NCBI GenBank assembly: GCA_043719385.1
Contig: JAYSTY010000474.1
Location: 1-59,637, forward strand
DNA: 59,637 nucleotides
Direction of reading: 5' to 3'
Source of the DNA: Blastocatellia bacterium
GTDB taxonomy: Bacteria > Acidobacteriota > Blastocatellia > RBC074
How positions within the stretch are numbered: the stretch's first letter is position 1; each line of letters opens with the position of its first letter. Shown here one piece after another: positions 25,840-35,774 of this stretch. Both the position numbers and the translations under genes were made by a program. The notes below the pieces were generated by a model. That model was not told the DNA's origin and did no database searches. It saw only the letters and a program-made list of their open reading frames with translations.

Positions 25840-26226
25840 ATGGAAAATGAACAACCAGCTTGCGGCGATCCGGCGATCCGGGTGACGATGATGCCGAAAG
25901 ATACCAATTACTCCGGCACGATTTTTGGCGGAGTAATTTTGAGTTATCTTGATTTGGCTGGTGCGGTTGAAGCCCGTAAACATGGCAATAAATTATTTGT
26001 GACAGTGGCAATGCGCGGCGTCGAATTTATTGCCCCGGTTTTTGTCGGTGATCTGGTGAGTTTTTATACGCGCACGCAAAAGCTGGGACGCACCTCCATC
26101 ACAGTTGATATTGTGGTCGAAGCCATTCGTCAGGGAGGCAGCGGCGAAAAAGTGCGCGTGATGGAAGCCGACGTTGTGTATGTTGCCGTGGATGAGAATC
26201 GCCGCCCTGTTCCCATTAAAGATTAA
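25840..26226 (+). CDS. acyl-CoA thioesterase (hotdog fold, YciA-like)
   Basis: [28 protein letters not shown] pattern. 128 aa. Confidence 0.85.
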   Translation: MENEQPACGDPAIRVTMMPKDTNYSGTIFGGVILSYLDLAGAVEARKHGNKLFVTVAMRGVEFIAPVFVGDLVSFYTRTQKLGRTSITVDIVVEAIRQGGSGEKVRVMEADVVYVAVDENRRPVPIKD

Positions 26227-26365
26227 CAATTACCCCACCCTTAACAAATAATTCAGCTTGAGTATTTGTGCTAATCCAGTGTAAAACTATCCAACTTTAT
26301 CGCTTCGCGGATTCATTGCCCCCAATCTGAGCGTCGGATTTGAATAATAAAATGCAGGAAGGTCT

Positions 26366-27688
26366 ATGAGTCAAAAACAAGAATTACTTAATAAAATTAC
26401 TAATCGCAGCGCGCGCATTGGTGTCATTGGCATGGGTTATGTGGGGTTGCCGTTAGCCGTCGAATTCGCCCACGCAGGTTTTCGGGCGACCGGGTTTGAA
26501 GTGGATGCCAAAAAAACGGAGACAATCAACAGCGGAAACTCTTACATCATTGACGTGCCGTCAGAGCAGGTCGCCGAACTGGTCAAAGCAGAGCGCTTAA
26601 ACGTGACGCTGGATTTTGCGGCGCTGGCAAACATGGACATTATCATCATTTGTGTCCCGACGCCGCTGCGTAAAACCAAGGAGCCGGATGTTTCATTCAT
26701 TCTGGCGGCGGCAGAAAAAATCCAGGCTTCGTTGCGACCGGGGCAACTTATCATCCTCGAATCTACAACTTATCCCGGCACGACCGACGAAGTGTTGCGC
26801 CCGATGTTCGATGAAAAAGGTTCCGTCCTTGACCAGGATTATTTTCTCGCGTTTTCGCCCGAACGAGTTGATCCGGGCAATCCACAATTTCAAACAAAAA
26901 ATATTCCTAAAGTCGTGGGCGGAGTGACCGCCGACAGCGGAGACATTGCCGCCGCAGCTTATCAATGCGTAGTGAACAACGTCCATCGCGTCGGTACGGC
27001 ACGCGCCGCAGAAATGGCGAAATTACTTGAAAACACATTCCGCGCCGTTAACATCGGCATGGTGAATGAGCTTTCGCAACTTTGTTACACGCTGGGCATT
27101 GATACGTGGGAAGTAATCGAAGCCGCCGCGACTAAACCGTTTGGCTTTATGGCGTTTTACCCAGGGCCGGGCATTGGCGGACACTGCATCCCGCTGGACC
27201 CGCATTACCTTTCGTGGAAAGCTCGCATGCATGGTTTTGAAGCGCGCTTTATTTCGCTCGCCGAAGAGGTCAATTCGACCATGCCGCAACACGTCGTTGA
27301 ATTAGTCTCGAATGGTTTGAATAAACATCGCAAGGCCGTCAATGGCTCGAAAGTTTTAGTGCTTGGCGTGGCCTACAAACGCGACATTGATGATATGCGC
27401 GAAAGTCCGGCGCTGGGCATCATCGAAAAAATCGAAAAGCTTGGCGCTCATGTCACTTTCCACGATCCGCACGTTAACCAGGTGATCCTGGAAAATGGCG
27501 AGCGAATGTGGAGCGTCGAATTGACGGAACAGGCTGTGACCGAAGCCGATTGTGTCGTTATTGTCACCGATCACCGCAAAGTTGATTATCGCTGGATCGC
27601 CGAACGCGCAAAATTAATCGTTGACACGCGCAACGCAACCCGCGATCTGAAAAATACTGAACTGGCTGAAAAAATTATTCGGCTGTAA
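26366..27688 (+). CDS. nucleotide-sugar dehydrogenase (UDP-N-acetyl-D-mannosamine/glucosamine dehydrogenase-like)
   Basis: [18 protein letters not shown] Rossmann motif, catalytic GGHCIPLDP, and a 440-aa length typical of WecC/TviB/WbpA-type enzymes. Confidence 0.85.
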   Translation: MSQKQELLNKITNRSARIGVIGMGYVGLPLAVEFAHAGFRATGFEVDAKKTETINSGNSYIIDVPSEQVAELVKAERLNVTLDFAALANMDIIIICVPTPLRKTKEPDVSFILAAAEKIQASLRPGQLIILESTTYPGTTDEVLRPMFDEKGSVLDQDYFLAFSPERVDPGNPQFQTKNIPKVVGGVTADSGDIAAAAYQCVVNNVHRVGTARAAEMAKLLENTFRAVNIGMVNELSQLCYTLGIDTWEVIEAAATKPFGFMAFYPGPGIGGHCIPLDPHYLSWKARMHGFEARFISLAEEVNSTMPQHVVELVSNGLNKHRKAVNGSKVLVLGVAYKRDIDDMRESPALGIIEKIEKLGAHVTFHDPHVNQVILENGERMWSVELTEQAVTEADCVVIVTDHRKVDYRWIAERAKLIVDTRNATRDLKNTELAEKIIRL

Positions 27689-27696
27689 GGATGTCA

Positions 27697-27765
27697 GATG
27701 CTGGATGTCGGAGGTTAGATAAGGAAGCTGTCCTAACATCTAACCTCCGACATCCAGCATCTTTT
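27697..27765 (+). terminator. 24-bp perfect-stem hairpin + TTTT (terminator of the dehydrogenase gene)
   Basis: gatgctggatgtcggaggttagat (27697-27720) pairs perfectly with atctaacctccgacatccagcatc (27738-27761). The loop is 17 nt, followed by tttt. Confidence 0.75.
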
Positions 27766-27771
27766 GCATTT

Positions 27772-28614
27772 ATGTCCATAAAATTACTCGCGCTCGACAT
27801 TGATGGCACGTTGCTGAATCGCAAAAGCGTTGTCACTCCTCGCGTGCGCGAAGCCCTGGACGAGGCGCAAAGTCGAGGGGTTTTAATTGCCCTCGTTACT
27901 GGTCGCCGCTTCAGTTCCGCCCGTCCAGTTGTGCAGGAATTGGAACTTTCGATTCCGCTCGTTTCTCACAACGGCGCTCTCACCAAAAACATCAGCACGC
28001 TGGAAACGATTCAATATCACCCTTTTGCCAGCGAAACTGCCCGCGAAGTGATTCAGCTTGGGCGTGATTTCAAGGCCGATATTATTTGCTGTGACGATCC
28101 GCACGGAATGGGCGTAATGGTGATGGAAGGATTTTCACCGGAAAATCGGGCGCTGGAAATGTACCTGAAAAAATATTGGGATTCCGTCGTCGAAGTTCCT
28201 GACCTGCTTGCTTACCTCCAGCACGCGCCGATTCAAATTATGTTTTCCGGCACCTGCGATCACATGGATAAATTTTGTCAGCAGCTTGAAGCAATGATTG
28301 GTGAACGCGCAAAAATTTTCCAGACTCGGTATCGCAAATTTGATTTAACGATAGTTGATGTGATTAGTCCATCAGCTTCTAAAGGTGAAGCCGTCGCAGA
28401 CCTGGCGCGAACTCATAATATCGCCCAAGCCGAAGTGATGGCGGTGGGCGACAATCACAACGATTTGCCAATGTTGTATTACGCCGGAATTGGCGTCGTG
28501 ATGGCGAATGCTGAGGACGAGTTGAAAAATTTAGGCTTCAACCTGACCGCCTCAAATGAAGAAGATGGCGTTGCTCTGGCCATTGAAAAATTTATCTTGT
28601 CAGCCGCACAATAA
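27772..28614 (+). CDS. Cof-type HAD-IIB hydrolase
   Basis: [15 protein letters not shown] (HAD motif I), ALVTGR, SKGEAV, and [10 protein letters not shown] (motif IV). The longer ORF-track start 27691 reads through the terminator hairpin. Confidence 0.85.
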   Translation: MSIKLLALDIDGTLLNRKSVVTPRVREALDEAQSRGVLIALVTGRRFSSARPVVQELELSIPLVSHNGALTKNISTLETIQYHPFASETAREVIQLGRDFKADIICCDDPHGMGVMVMEGFSPENRALEMYLKKYWDSVVEVPDLLAYLQHAPIQIMFSGTCDHMDKFCQQLEAMIGERAKIFQTRYRKFDLTIVDVISPSASKGEAVADLARTHNIAQAEVMAVGDNHNDLPMLYYAGIGVVMANAEDELKNLGFNLTASNEEDGVALAIEKFILSAAQ

Positions 28615-28697
28615 ACACTATAAAAGTCGAACTAAACATCGGGCAGAACTCTCCAAAGCTTACTCATCCGAGCGAAAGCCGCTATAATGAGCGGGAA

Positions 28698-29639
28698 ATG
28701 GAAAATAATCAGACCTTCAAAGAAGTTCCGTTACGCCCACTCGGTAACACTGGCATCAACGTTTCTGCGCTGGGACTTGGCGGCTATCATCTGGGCACAA
28801 TCAAAGATGAAAATGAGGCGGTGCGATTAGTTCACGCGGCGATTGCGGCGGGTGTTACTTTTATGGACAACGCCTGGGAATATCACGACGGACGCAGCGA
28901 AGAGCTAATGGGCAAAGCGCTGGCGGATCGCCGTGACAAAGTTTTTCTGATGACGAAAGTTTGTACGCATGGCCGCGACCGCAAAATTGCGCTGCAACAA
29001 CTGGAAGATTCCTTGCGCCGTTTCAAAACAGATTATCTGGATTTGTGGCAAGTCCACGAAGTCGTTTATGACAACGACCCGGATTTACATTTTGCGCCTG
29101 ATGGAGTCATTGAAGCGATGGAGCAGGCGCGACGCGAGGGCAAAGTTCGCTTCATCGGGTTCACTGGTCACAAAGACCCAAACATTCATTTGCAAATGCT
29201 GGCGCGAAAATATCCGTTTGATGCCTGTCAGCTTCCACTAAATTGTTTTGACGCAACCTATCGCAGCTTTGCGCAACACGTGTTACCTGAACTTGCGCGA
29301 CAGGGGATTGCGGCTATCGGGATGAAAAGCATCGGCGGCGGCGGCGATATGGTCAAAGCAGGTGCGGTGACAGCCGAAGAAGCCCTGCGCTATGCGCTGA
29401 GTTTGCCTGTTGCCACAGTTGTGAGCGGCATTGAATCGCCGGCAGTCTTACAACAAAATTTGCGTGTCGCAGGTGGCTTCACACCAATGAGCGAGGCCGA
29501 GATGCAGGCACTACGTGATCGTTGTTCGGTGCTGGCCGGAGACGGACGTTTTGAGCTTTATAAATCTTCGATGAAACACGATGGGCCGGTTGGTCGCAGC
29601 CAGCATGGCTTTGCGGCTCCAACCGTACTTCCGGTGTGA
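28698..29639 (+). CDS. aldo/keto reductase
   Basis: LGLGGYHLG, FMDNAWEYHDGRSEELMGKAL, DLWQVHE and GFTGH motifs. Confidence 0.9.
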   Translation: MENNQTFKEVPLRPLGNTGINVSALGLGGYHLGTIKDENEAVRLVHAAIAAGVTFMDNAWEYHDGRSEELMGKALADRRDKVFLMTKVCTHGRDRKIALQQLEDSLRRFKTDYLDLWQVHEVVYDNDPDLHFAPDGVIEAMEQARREGKVRFIGFTGHKDPNIHLQMLARKYPFDACQLPLNCFDATYRSFAQHVLPELARQGIAAIGMKSIGGGGDMVKAGAVTAEEALRYALSLPVATVVSGIESPAVLQQNLRVAGGFTPMSEAEMQALRDRCSVLAGDGRFELYKSSMKHDGPVGRSQHGFAAPTVLPV

Positions 29640-29641
29640 GA

Positions 29642-29892
29642 AGTCTGAGTAGTTCCCCATTTAGATTTTCTTTGCGGCTGTGCCGCCCGGATGTGCGGAA
29701 AGGCTGTGCCTTTCCGGCAGTAAAATACTCTTCGGGCTACGCCCAATAATTGCCTTGATTACTTACATTGCTAGTAGCAACGCTTACACATTAAAATTGA
29801 CAAAACGGGCGCAGCCCTTTCCCCTTGACCGACCGGAAAGGCGGAGCCTTTCCGCACATCAGGCGGCACAGCCGCAAATTTGGAACTACAGC
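29642..29892 (-). repeat. ~250-bp nested-palindrome MITE/REP-like element, copy 2 (inverted relative to copy 1)
   Basis: Its reverse complement aligns along the full length with 2326..2572, including the gcggctgtgccgcc-gatgtgcggaaaggc-NNN-gcctttccg arms and the aaaacgggcgcagccc module. Confidence 0.8.
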
Positions 29893-29894
29893 GG

Positions 29895-30734
29895 CTATTC
29901 CGCTTCTTTCTCTTTCAGCAACAAACTATAAATTTCTTTTTTTGAAACGCCGCGTATGCGTGCCAGTTGCTTCATTGCGTCATTGCGGCTCAGGCCTGCA
30001 TCTTTCATCAATTGTGCAAGCTGTTCGTTCATAGACGAATTGTTTTGCAGCGTCAGATTTTCTTCTTTACTCGCCCCGGCAATGACCAGCGTCATTTCTC
30101 CGCGTGGTTCGCTGCCCTGCAATTCGGCGCTGATTTCTGCGAGCGTGCCGCGGATAAATTGTTCGTACAATTTCGTGATTTCGCGGGCGAGCGAAGCCTG
30201 ACGATTACCTAAAACCTCTCTTGCTTCGGACAAAGTTTCTTTGATGCGGTGCGGAGCTTCGTAACAAACTATCGTTTCTCTCACGCTTTGTAATTCGACT
30301 AATTTTGCGCGTCGTGCCTGTCGTTTGGCGGGCAAAAATCCTACAAATAAAAAAGCATCTGTCGGTAAGCCCGAAGCAATTAGTCCTGCAATCATCGCCG
30401 TTGCGCCAGGGATCGGAATCACGCTGATGCCCGCGTCAATGGCGGCGCTTACGATGCGATAAGCCGGATCAGAAATGCCTGGCGTTCCGGCGTCAGTAAC
30501 CAGCGCGATGCTGGCGCCGCTCAACAAACGCGCCGTTAATTCCTGAGCGCGTGATTGTTCATTATGTTCGTGATAGCTGACGGTAGGTTTGCTGATGCCG
30601 AAATGATCCAGCAGCTTGCGCGTATGCCGCGTATCTTCGCAGGCAATCACATCCACTTCTTTGAGGACGCGCAACGCTCTGAGCGTGATGTCTTCAAGAT
30701 TGCCAATTGGTGTGGCGACAAGATAAAGGGGCAT
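29895..30734 (-). CDS. rsmI: 16S rRNA (cytidine1402-2'-O)-methyltransferase
   Basis: MPLYLVATPIGNLEDITLRALRVLKEVDVIACEDTRHTRKLL is the canonical RsmI N-terminus. Confidence 0.92.
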   Translation of the reverse strand: MPLYLVATPIGNLEDITLRALRVLKEVDVIACEDTRHTRKLLDHFGISKPTVSYHEHNEQSRAQELTARLLSGASIALVTDAGTPGISDPAYRIVSAAIDAGISVIPIPGATAMIAGLIASGLPTDAFLFVGFLPAKRQARRAKLVELQSVRETIVCYEAPHRIKETLSEAREVLGNRQASLAREITKLYEQFIRGTLAEISAELQGSEPRGEMTLVIAGASKEENLTLQNNSSMNEQLAQLMKDAGLSRNDAMKQLARIRGVSKKEIYSLLLKEKEAE

Positions 30735-30908
30735 AAATTACGACGGGGCGAAAAAGTGACGGGGCGACGAGGCGATTGGTAAAAGCACGTTCACTAGGTC
30801 GCACGTGAAGTTTTGGAAACAATCACAACCTTTACAGGTGTACTCTGTCCCGTACAAGAGAGGTTGGGTGGCTTTTCGATTTGTAAGAAACCTCTTTTAC
30901 AAACAGCC

Positions 30909-31421
30909 TTATTTTGAAAGATCATTTACTCGGCGTTTGTAGATTCTGAATTTACCTGGCACATTCAGCAAAAATACTCTTTCCTCTGTAGTGTCATCCC
31001 CTGCATAAAAAAGTAAATCTTTCCTGCCATCTTTGTTGAGATCGCTAACCAAGACAAGCGCGTAAGACCAATAATCTGCTTGCTCTGTGCCATATTGATA
31101 GCGAAAGACATTTTTCGTTTTGTGCCGGTGTGCTGTTTGTAGATCAAATGCAATCCAATGTTTCTCGGTTTTTATAATAGAGTGCTTTCGACGTGACCAT
31201 TTTTTGCCACGAACGATATAAGTGTGTGGCAGAATTTTGACAAGGTGTCCGTCACCGTCCAAATCAATTGAGATTGGGTTTGTACTATTAAAGGCAAGCC
31301 TGTCTTTGTCACTGATGTTTTGCCCATTAGCGACCACAACAAAGATCATTACAATTAGAGTTAATGATAATAATATTTTCACGAGATACCAATTGCCACC
31401 CAACGCCATGTCATGCGGCAT
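30909..31421 (-). CDS. hypothetical membrane-anchored/secreted protein with FG-GAP/calcium-loop-like DxDGDG and DLNKDGRKD motifs
   Basis: Sits in an AT-rich region. It has one N-terminal TM helix and overlaps the upstream ORF by 11 nt. Alternative start at 31409. Confidence 0.55.
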   Translation of the reverse strand: MPHDMALGGNWYLVKILLSLTLIVMIFVVVANGQNISDKDRLAFNSTNPISIDLDGDGHLVKILPHTYIVRGKKWSRRKHSIIKTEKHWIAFDLQTAHRHKTKNVFRYQYGTEQADYWSYALVLVSDLNKDGRKDLLFYAGDDTTEERVFLLNVPGKFRIYKRRVNDLSK

Positions 31422-31878
31422 TTTGGTTTTGTACTGCCTTTATTGCATCTTGAAATGAAATATCGCCGCCAGTGCCATCATCCGCAAATAGATAATAGAC
31501 TTTGTTGCAGTGAAAACACTGAAAGCCCCAACCATCCATATAGAATTTTGTATATGGCCCAAGCCTATTTGAGCATTTTGGACAATACGAATTATGGAAT
31601 TTATCCCACTGGATGCCGAATTTATGAAATAAAACTGGCGTAAGTTCTATTAGCTTTTTACGAAGGTAGAAAACATATGATAGTAGTACTGATATTGCTA
31701 GGAATTCAAAGCTTATTGTCACCAATAATAACCAAAAAGATAGTCGGCTGGCTAACCAGTGGTACACCGCAGGAATGTACAACACTAGAAGTGTGCATCC
31801 TGATGCAAGAAACCACTTTATGCCTTCTTTTAGTGGCTCTGTCACTACTGTTTTTTTTATTTCTTCTTTAGTATCCAT
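31411..31878 (-). CDS. hypothetical membrane protein with C-terminal zinc ribbon
   Basis: Two TM helices are followed by CPKC-x19-CFHC. The region is AT-rich and no family was recognised. Confidence 0.55.
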   Translation of the reverse strand: MDTKEEIKKTVVTEPLKEGIKWFLASGCTLLVLYIPAVYHWLASRLSFWLLLVTISFEFLAISVLLSYVFYLRKKLIELTPVLFHKFGIQWDKFHNSYCPKCSNRLGPYTKFYMDGWGFQCFHCNKVYYLFADDGTGGDISFQDAIKAVQNQNAA

Positions 31879-31928
31879 AGTTTCGGATCACCGATTTGTC
31901 ACATAACATAAATTTCGCCCATCGCGTT

Positions 31929-32696
31929 TTATTCTTTCCACAAATAAATTCCGCCCATCATTCCAAGCGTATTGGGGATGGTCGAAACGTCCGCTGGAAG
32001 TTTGAATTTGATGTTTTCGGCATTGCCTCCGCCGATGTACAGGTGATTAAAATTGATGAGGGTGCGCAGCGTCTCAATGGCAATTCGCACGCGTTTGTTC
32101 CAGCGTTTTTTGCCCACGTCCTGGAGCGTTACTTCGCCGAGTTGTTCTTCATAGGTTTCATCGTGGCGAAACGGATGATGCGCGAATTCCATGTGCGGTA
32201 ACAATTTTCCATCTTCAAACAAACTTGATCCCAAACCTGTACCCAGCGTAATTACCATCTCCACACCTTTGCCACCAAATTTATTGATGGCTGCCAGACC
32301 TTGTAAATCGGCATCGTTCAGCACGCGACAGGGCTTACCAAATTGTTTTTGTAAGGCATTGGCTAAATCAAAATTGATCCAGGGTTTCGTGCCGAGGTTA
32401 TGGGCGGTAAATATTTTCCCGTTGCGGACTACGCCGGGAAAGCCGACAGAAATGCGCTCGTAATCAGGCGCGTAAGGCGGAATCAGCGCCACTAATTCTT
32501 TGAGCTTGGTCAGCATTAATTTGGGCGGACAATTTTCCGGCGTCGGGATGCGCAAGCGCTCCGTAACCATATTGCCTTTGCCATCAAGGATCGAAGTCTT
32601 TAAGCCCGTGCCGCCAATATCAATCGCCAGTGTAAACGGGCCAATGAGTTTTGCTTTTTTCACGGGGGCTTTGGGCGCGATTTTTTTTGCTGTCAT
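31929..32696 (-). CDS. ppgK: ROK family polyphosphate/ATP glucokinase
   Basis: IDIGGTGLKTS, GFPGVVRNG, VLNDADLQG, TLGTGLGSSLF and YIGGGNA align along the full length with actinobacterial PpgK (about 255 aa, no Cys-rich zinc motif). Confidence 0.85.
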   Translation of the reverse strand: MTAKKIAPKAPVKKAKLIGPFTLAIDIGGTGLKTSILDGKGNMVTERLRIPTPENCPPKLMLTKLKELVALIPPYAPDYERISVGFPGVVRNGKIFTAHNLGTKPWINFDLANALQKQFGKPCRVLNDADLQGLAAINKFGGKGVEMVITLGTGLGSSLFEDGKLLPHMEFAHHPFRHDETYEEQLGEVTLQDVGKKRWNKRVRIAIETLRTLINFNHLYIGGGNAENIKFKLPADVSTIPNTLGMMGGIYLWKE

Positions 32697-32775
32697 TCTT
32701 TCTGCTCCTGCTTCGGGTAAAGTTTAGGGTACAATCGTGGGCAGAGATTACATCAACACTAAAGGAGCTTGCCAG

Positions 32776-33924
32776 ATGCTGCGTGCATTTTTTTTAGTTG
32801 CGCTTATTTCCCTGAGTTGTTCGTCACAACCTGCTACGTCCGTGAACCCTGCTCAGACCGCCGTTGCACAGGCTGTTGCCGCTAAGCCAGCAGTGAAAGA
32901 GGCTGCGCTGACGGCGGCGGAATTTGCGCAAATCATTGAGCGCGTTTCCGAAGCGAATGGTTATTTTGATACTGACAATTTGATTTCCAACGAATCGTCT
33001 TATTTGCACGTGATGGGCAAGCTGCGCAAATTGAATGTCACGGGTGGCGCTTATATCGGCGTTGGCCCGGATCAGAATTTTTCTTACATCGCGCAGATTC
33101 GTCCAACGATAGTTTTCGTCTCGGATATTCGACGTGATAACCTGCTGCAACATTTATTTTTTAAATCGCTGTTTTCGCTGGCGCACAATCGCGTCGAGTT
33201 TTTGTGTTTACTTTTTGGCAAGCCACTACCTGGCGAGATCAGCAAATTAAGCATTGATGAAGTCGTGCAGTTGCTTGAAAAAGCTCCCGCTGAGCGCAAG
33301 CGTTTTGAAACTACGCAAACGAATATTGCCGCGCGGCTGAAAACCTTTGGCGTGAAGCTGAATGATAAAGACCTCGCCACGATCAATCGCATCCACGAAG
33401 AATTTTTTTCCAATGGACTGGATTTAAAATTCACCAGCCACAATCGCTCATCGCGTTCGTATTATCCGAATTACCGTGATCTGTTGCTCGAAAAAGATTT
33501 GACTGGCAAACAGGCAAATTACTTGGTCAACGAAGCTGATTTTCAGTACGTGAAATCACTGGAAGACCGCAACCTGATCATTCCGGTCGTGGGCAATTTA
33601 GCGGGCGAAAAAGCTTTGCTCGAAATTAGCAAAATCCTGAAAGAACGCGGCGAAAAGGTCACGGCTTTTTACACTTCCAACGTGGAATATTACCTGATGG
33701 GAGACGGCACATTTGATCGTTTCGCCGAAAACGTAAAGCGTCTGCCAATGGAAAAAAATGGCATGATTATTCGCAGCGTTTTCAGTGGTGGTTATGGGCG
33801 GCATCCGCAATCGGTAGCGGGATATTACAGTACGCAATTGCTGCAACCGCTGGAAAGTTTTGTGAAGGGGAATTTCCAGGGCTATCGGGATTTGATTACG
33901 CAGGACTCTTTAGAGTTAAAGTGA
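32776..33924 (+). CDS. hypothetical secreted protein
   Basis: ATG at 32776 follows AAGGAG. The signal peptide is MLRAFFLVALISLSCSS. About 380 aa, with no family recognised. Confidence 0.65.
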   Translation: MLRAFFLVALISLSCSSQPATSVNPAQTAVAQAVAAKPAVKEAALTAAEFAQIIERVSEANGYFDTDNLISNESSYLHVMGKLRKLNVTGGAYIGVGPDQNFSYIAQIRPTIVFVSDIRRDNLLQHLFFKSLFSLAHNRVEFLCLLFGKPLPGEISKLSIDEVVQLLEKAPAERKRFETTQTNIAARLKTFGVKLNDKDLATINRIHEEFFSNGLDLKFTSHNRSSRSYYPNYRDLLLEKDLTGKQANYLVNEADFQYVKSLEDRNLIIPVVGNLAGEKALLEISKILKERGEKVTAFYTSNVEYYLMGDGTFDRFAENVKRLPMEKNGMIIRSVFSGGYGRHPQSVAGYYSTQLLQPLESFVKGNFQGYRDLITQDSLELK

Positions 33925-34182
33925 CTCATGGGCGCTGATATTGAGCGCGGCACACTTTAGCCATAAAAATATGCAGGACTTTTAGGTTGATAAAATTTTT
34001 GCGGTCAGGCTATAATCCACGCGATTCGTAAGCTGATAAGCGGTCAGCATCCACAATCAAAATTTCAGGTTTCTCAAAAAACATATTTATCGAAGCGCTG
34101 CTCGCACGAAAGCACCGCCACTTTGCTCCCGGTTATTGTATTTTTCCGCCCAAGCCTCCTTAAAATAAATTCAGGACACGAG

Positions 34183-34704
34183 ATGTATCGCGTTATTAAT
34201 CTGTTTGTTTGTCTGGTACTAATTTTTTCCCTCTCTGTTGCGCTGGTGCTAAAAGCTGAAGCGCGTGGCACAGCTACTCCGACCCCCGTCGTTATTGCTG
34301 TGGCCGATATTGAATCCCAGGTTTTCCAAGCCATCAATCGTGTGCGTGAACAAAATCATTTGCCGCTTCTGATGCTGGCAAAAGATTTAGGGGCAGTGGC
34401 TCGCTTTCATAGCAAAGATATGGCGGCACGCGATTATTTCAGCCACGTTTCTCCCGAAGGCGACAACATGCAAAAACGTATTGAGCGGGCCGGGATTACG
34501 AATTGGAATCGGCTGGCTGAAAATCTGGCCAGTAATTTTGGCCACGCTGACCCTGTTTCTGTGGCGCTCAAAGGTTGGCTGGAAAGCCCGCATCATCTGC
34601 AAAATATTCTCGACAAAAATGTAACTGAAACGGGGATTGGCGTAGCTGTAGATGCCAAAGGCCGGGTTTATTTGACGCAGCTTTTTGTTAAGAGAAAAAA
34701 CTGA
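34183..34704 (+). CDS. CAP/SCP/PR-1 domain protein (YkwD-like), secreted
   Basis: ...ARFHSKDMAARDYFSHVSPEG...GENLA...GWLESPHHLQNIL is the CAP-domain signature. The start is set at MYRVINLFVCLVL. Confidence 0.85.
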   Translation: MYRVINLFVCLVLIFSLSVALVLKAEARGTATPTPVVIAVADIESQVFQAINRVREQNHLPLLMLAKDLGAVARFHSKDMAARDYFSHVSPEGDNMQKRIERAGITNWNRLAENLASNFGHADPVSVALKGWLESPHHLQNILDKNVTETGIGVAVDAKGRVYLTQLFVKRKN

Positions 34705-35596
34705 CTTGCAAGTTCCTTCCTTCGCTAAAATCAATTGGACATTGGAAATATTAGGGCGTCGCGCCGATGGCTACCACGAACTCAGGACGATTTTGCAAAC
34801 TGTCGCGGTGCACGATGATTTGTTTTTTTCTCCGGCTGAAAGTGGCATCGAATTGAGTTGCGACAATCCTGAAGTGCCGTGCGATGAAACAAATTTGATT
34901 TATCGTGCCGCGCAACTCTTACAGCAATTAACCGACTGCAACAAAGGCGTAAAAATTGCTTTGCAAAAACGGATTCCGCTCGGAGCCGGATTAGGCGGAG
35001 GCAGCAGTAATGCCGCGATTACCTTACTGGCATTGTCACAGTTATGGGAACTGGCAGTCGCGCCGGACGATTTATTCAGGCTTGGTTCGCAATTAGGAGC
35101 CGATGTGCCATTTTTCTTTTTTGGCGGCACTGGCATTGGGATTGGGCGCGGCGACGAAGTTTACCCGATGACCGACATTACGGCGGAAAACCTGTTACTC
35201 GTCAATCCGGGAATCAATGTTCCAACCCGCGAAATCTATCGAAATTTACCTTCTCAGTTGACAAGCCCAGCCACTCTGAATAAGATGCCCCTTTCTTTGC
35301 AGACCGCTTATGCCAGCATGCGGTGGTCGCAGTTGAAATTACGAAACGACCTCGAAGGTCCGGCCTTCACTCTTTATCCGCGGATAAAAGAAGTCAGACA
35401 GCAGTTAATTGATTTGCAGGCAAATGCTGTTTTAATGTCGGGGAGTGGTTCGACAGTTTTTGCGGTCTTTGAAAGTGAGGCGGCACGCGCTGCGGCGCAG
35501 GCTGAATTGAGTGGAAATGGCTGGTGGTGCGCCGCGACGCGCACACTAAGCCAAAATGAGTACCAGGCTGCCATCACGAAAGATTTTAGATTTTAG
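34685..35596 (+). CDS. ispE: 4-(cytidine 5'-diphospho)-2-C-methyl-D-erythritol kinase
   Basis: PSFAKINWTLEILGRRADGYHEL, and IPLGAGLGGGSSNAA (GHMP kinase motif). The start is uncertain: TTG 34685 overlaps the upstream gene, and TTG 34706 is the alternative. Confidence 0.9.
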   Translation: MLREKTDLQVPSFAKINWTLEILGRRADGYHELRTILQTVAVHDDLFFSPAESGIELSCDNPEVPCDETNLIYRAAQLLQQLTDCNKGVKIALQKRIPLGAGLGGGSSNAAITLLALSQLWELAVAPDDLFRLGSQLGADVPFFFFGGTGIGIGRGDEVYPMTDITAENLLLVNPGINVPTREIYRNLPSQLTSPATLNKMPLSLQTAYASMRWSQLKLRNDLEGPAFTLYPRIKEVRQQLIDLQANAVLMSGSGSTVFAVFESEAARAAAQAELSGNGWWCAATRTLSQNEYQAAITKDFRF

Positions 35597-35626
35597 GTTG
35601 CGGCGCTCCGCAATCCAAAAAAGTTA

Positions 35627-35702
<76 letters not shown>

Positions 35703-35774
35703 TTTTTTTGTCTGCCTGCTGCTCAACTGAGTAAGCTCTGAGTGCTGGCGGTACAAAATTTTCTTAGTGGTTAC

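Noticed and set aside
30742-30767. Direct repeat gacggggcga x2 just upstream of rsmI
   Set aside because: It is only 10 nt and two copies, which is compatible with chance or a trivial promoter-region feature. No further copies were seen in the window.
35598-35613. Hairpin ttgcgg-cgct-ccgcaa after ispE as a terminator
   Set aside because: It is followed by an A-run rather than a T-run on the coding strand. The stem is only 6 bp, and the tRNA-Gln gene begins 15 nt later, so co-transcription is equally plausible.
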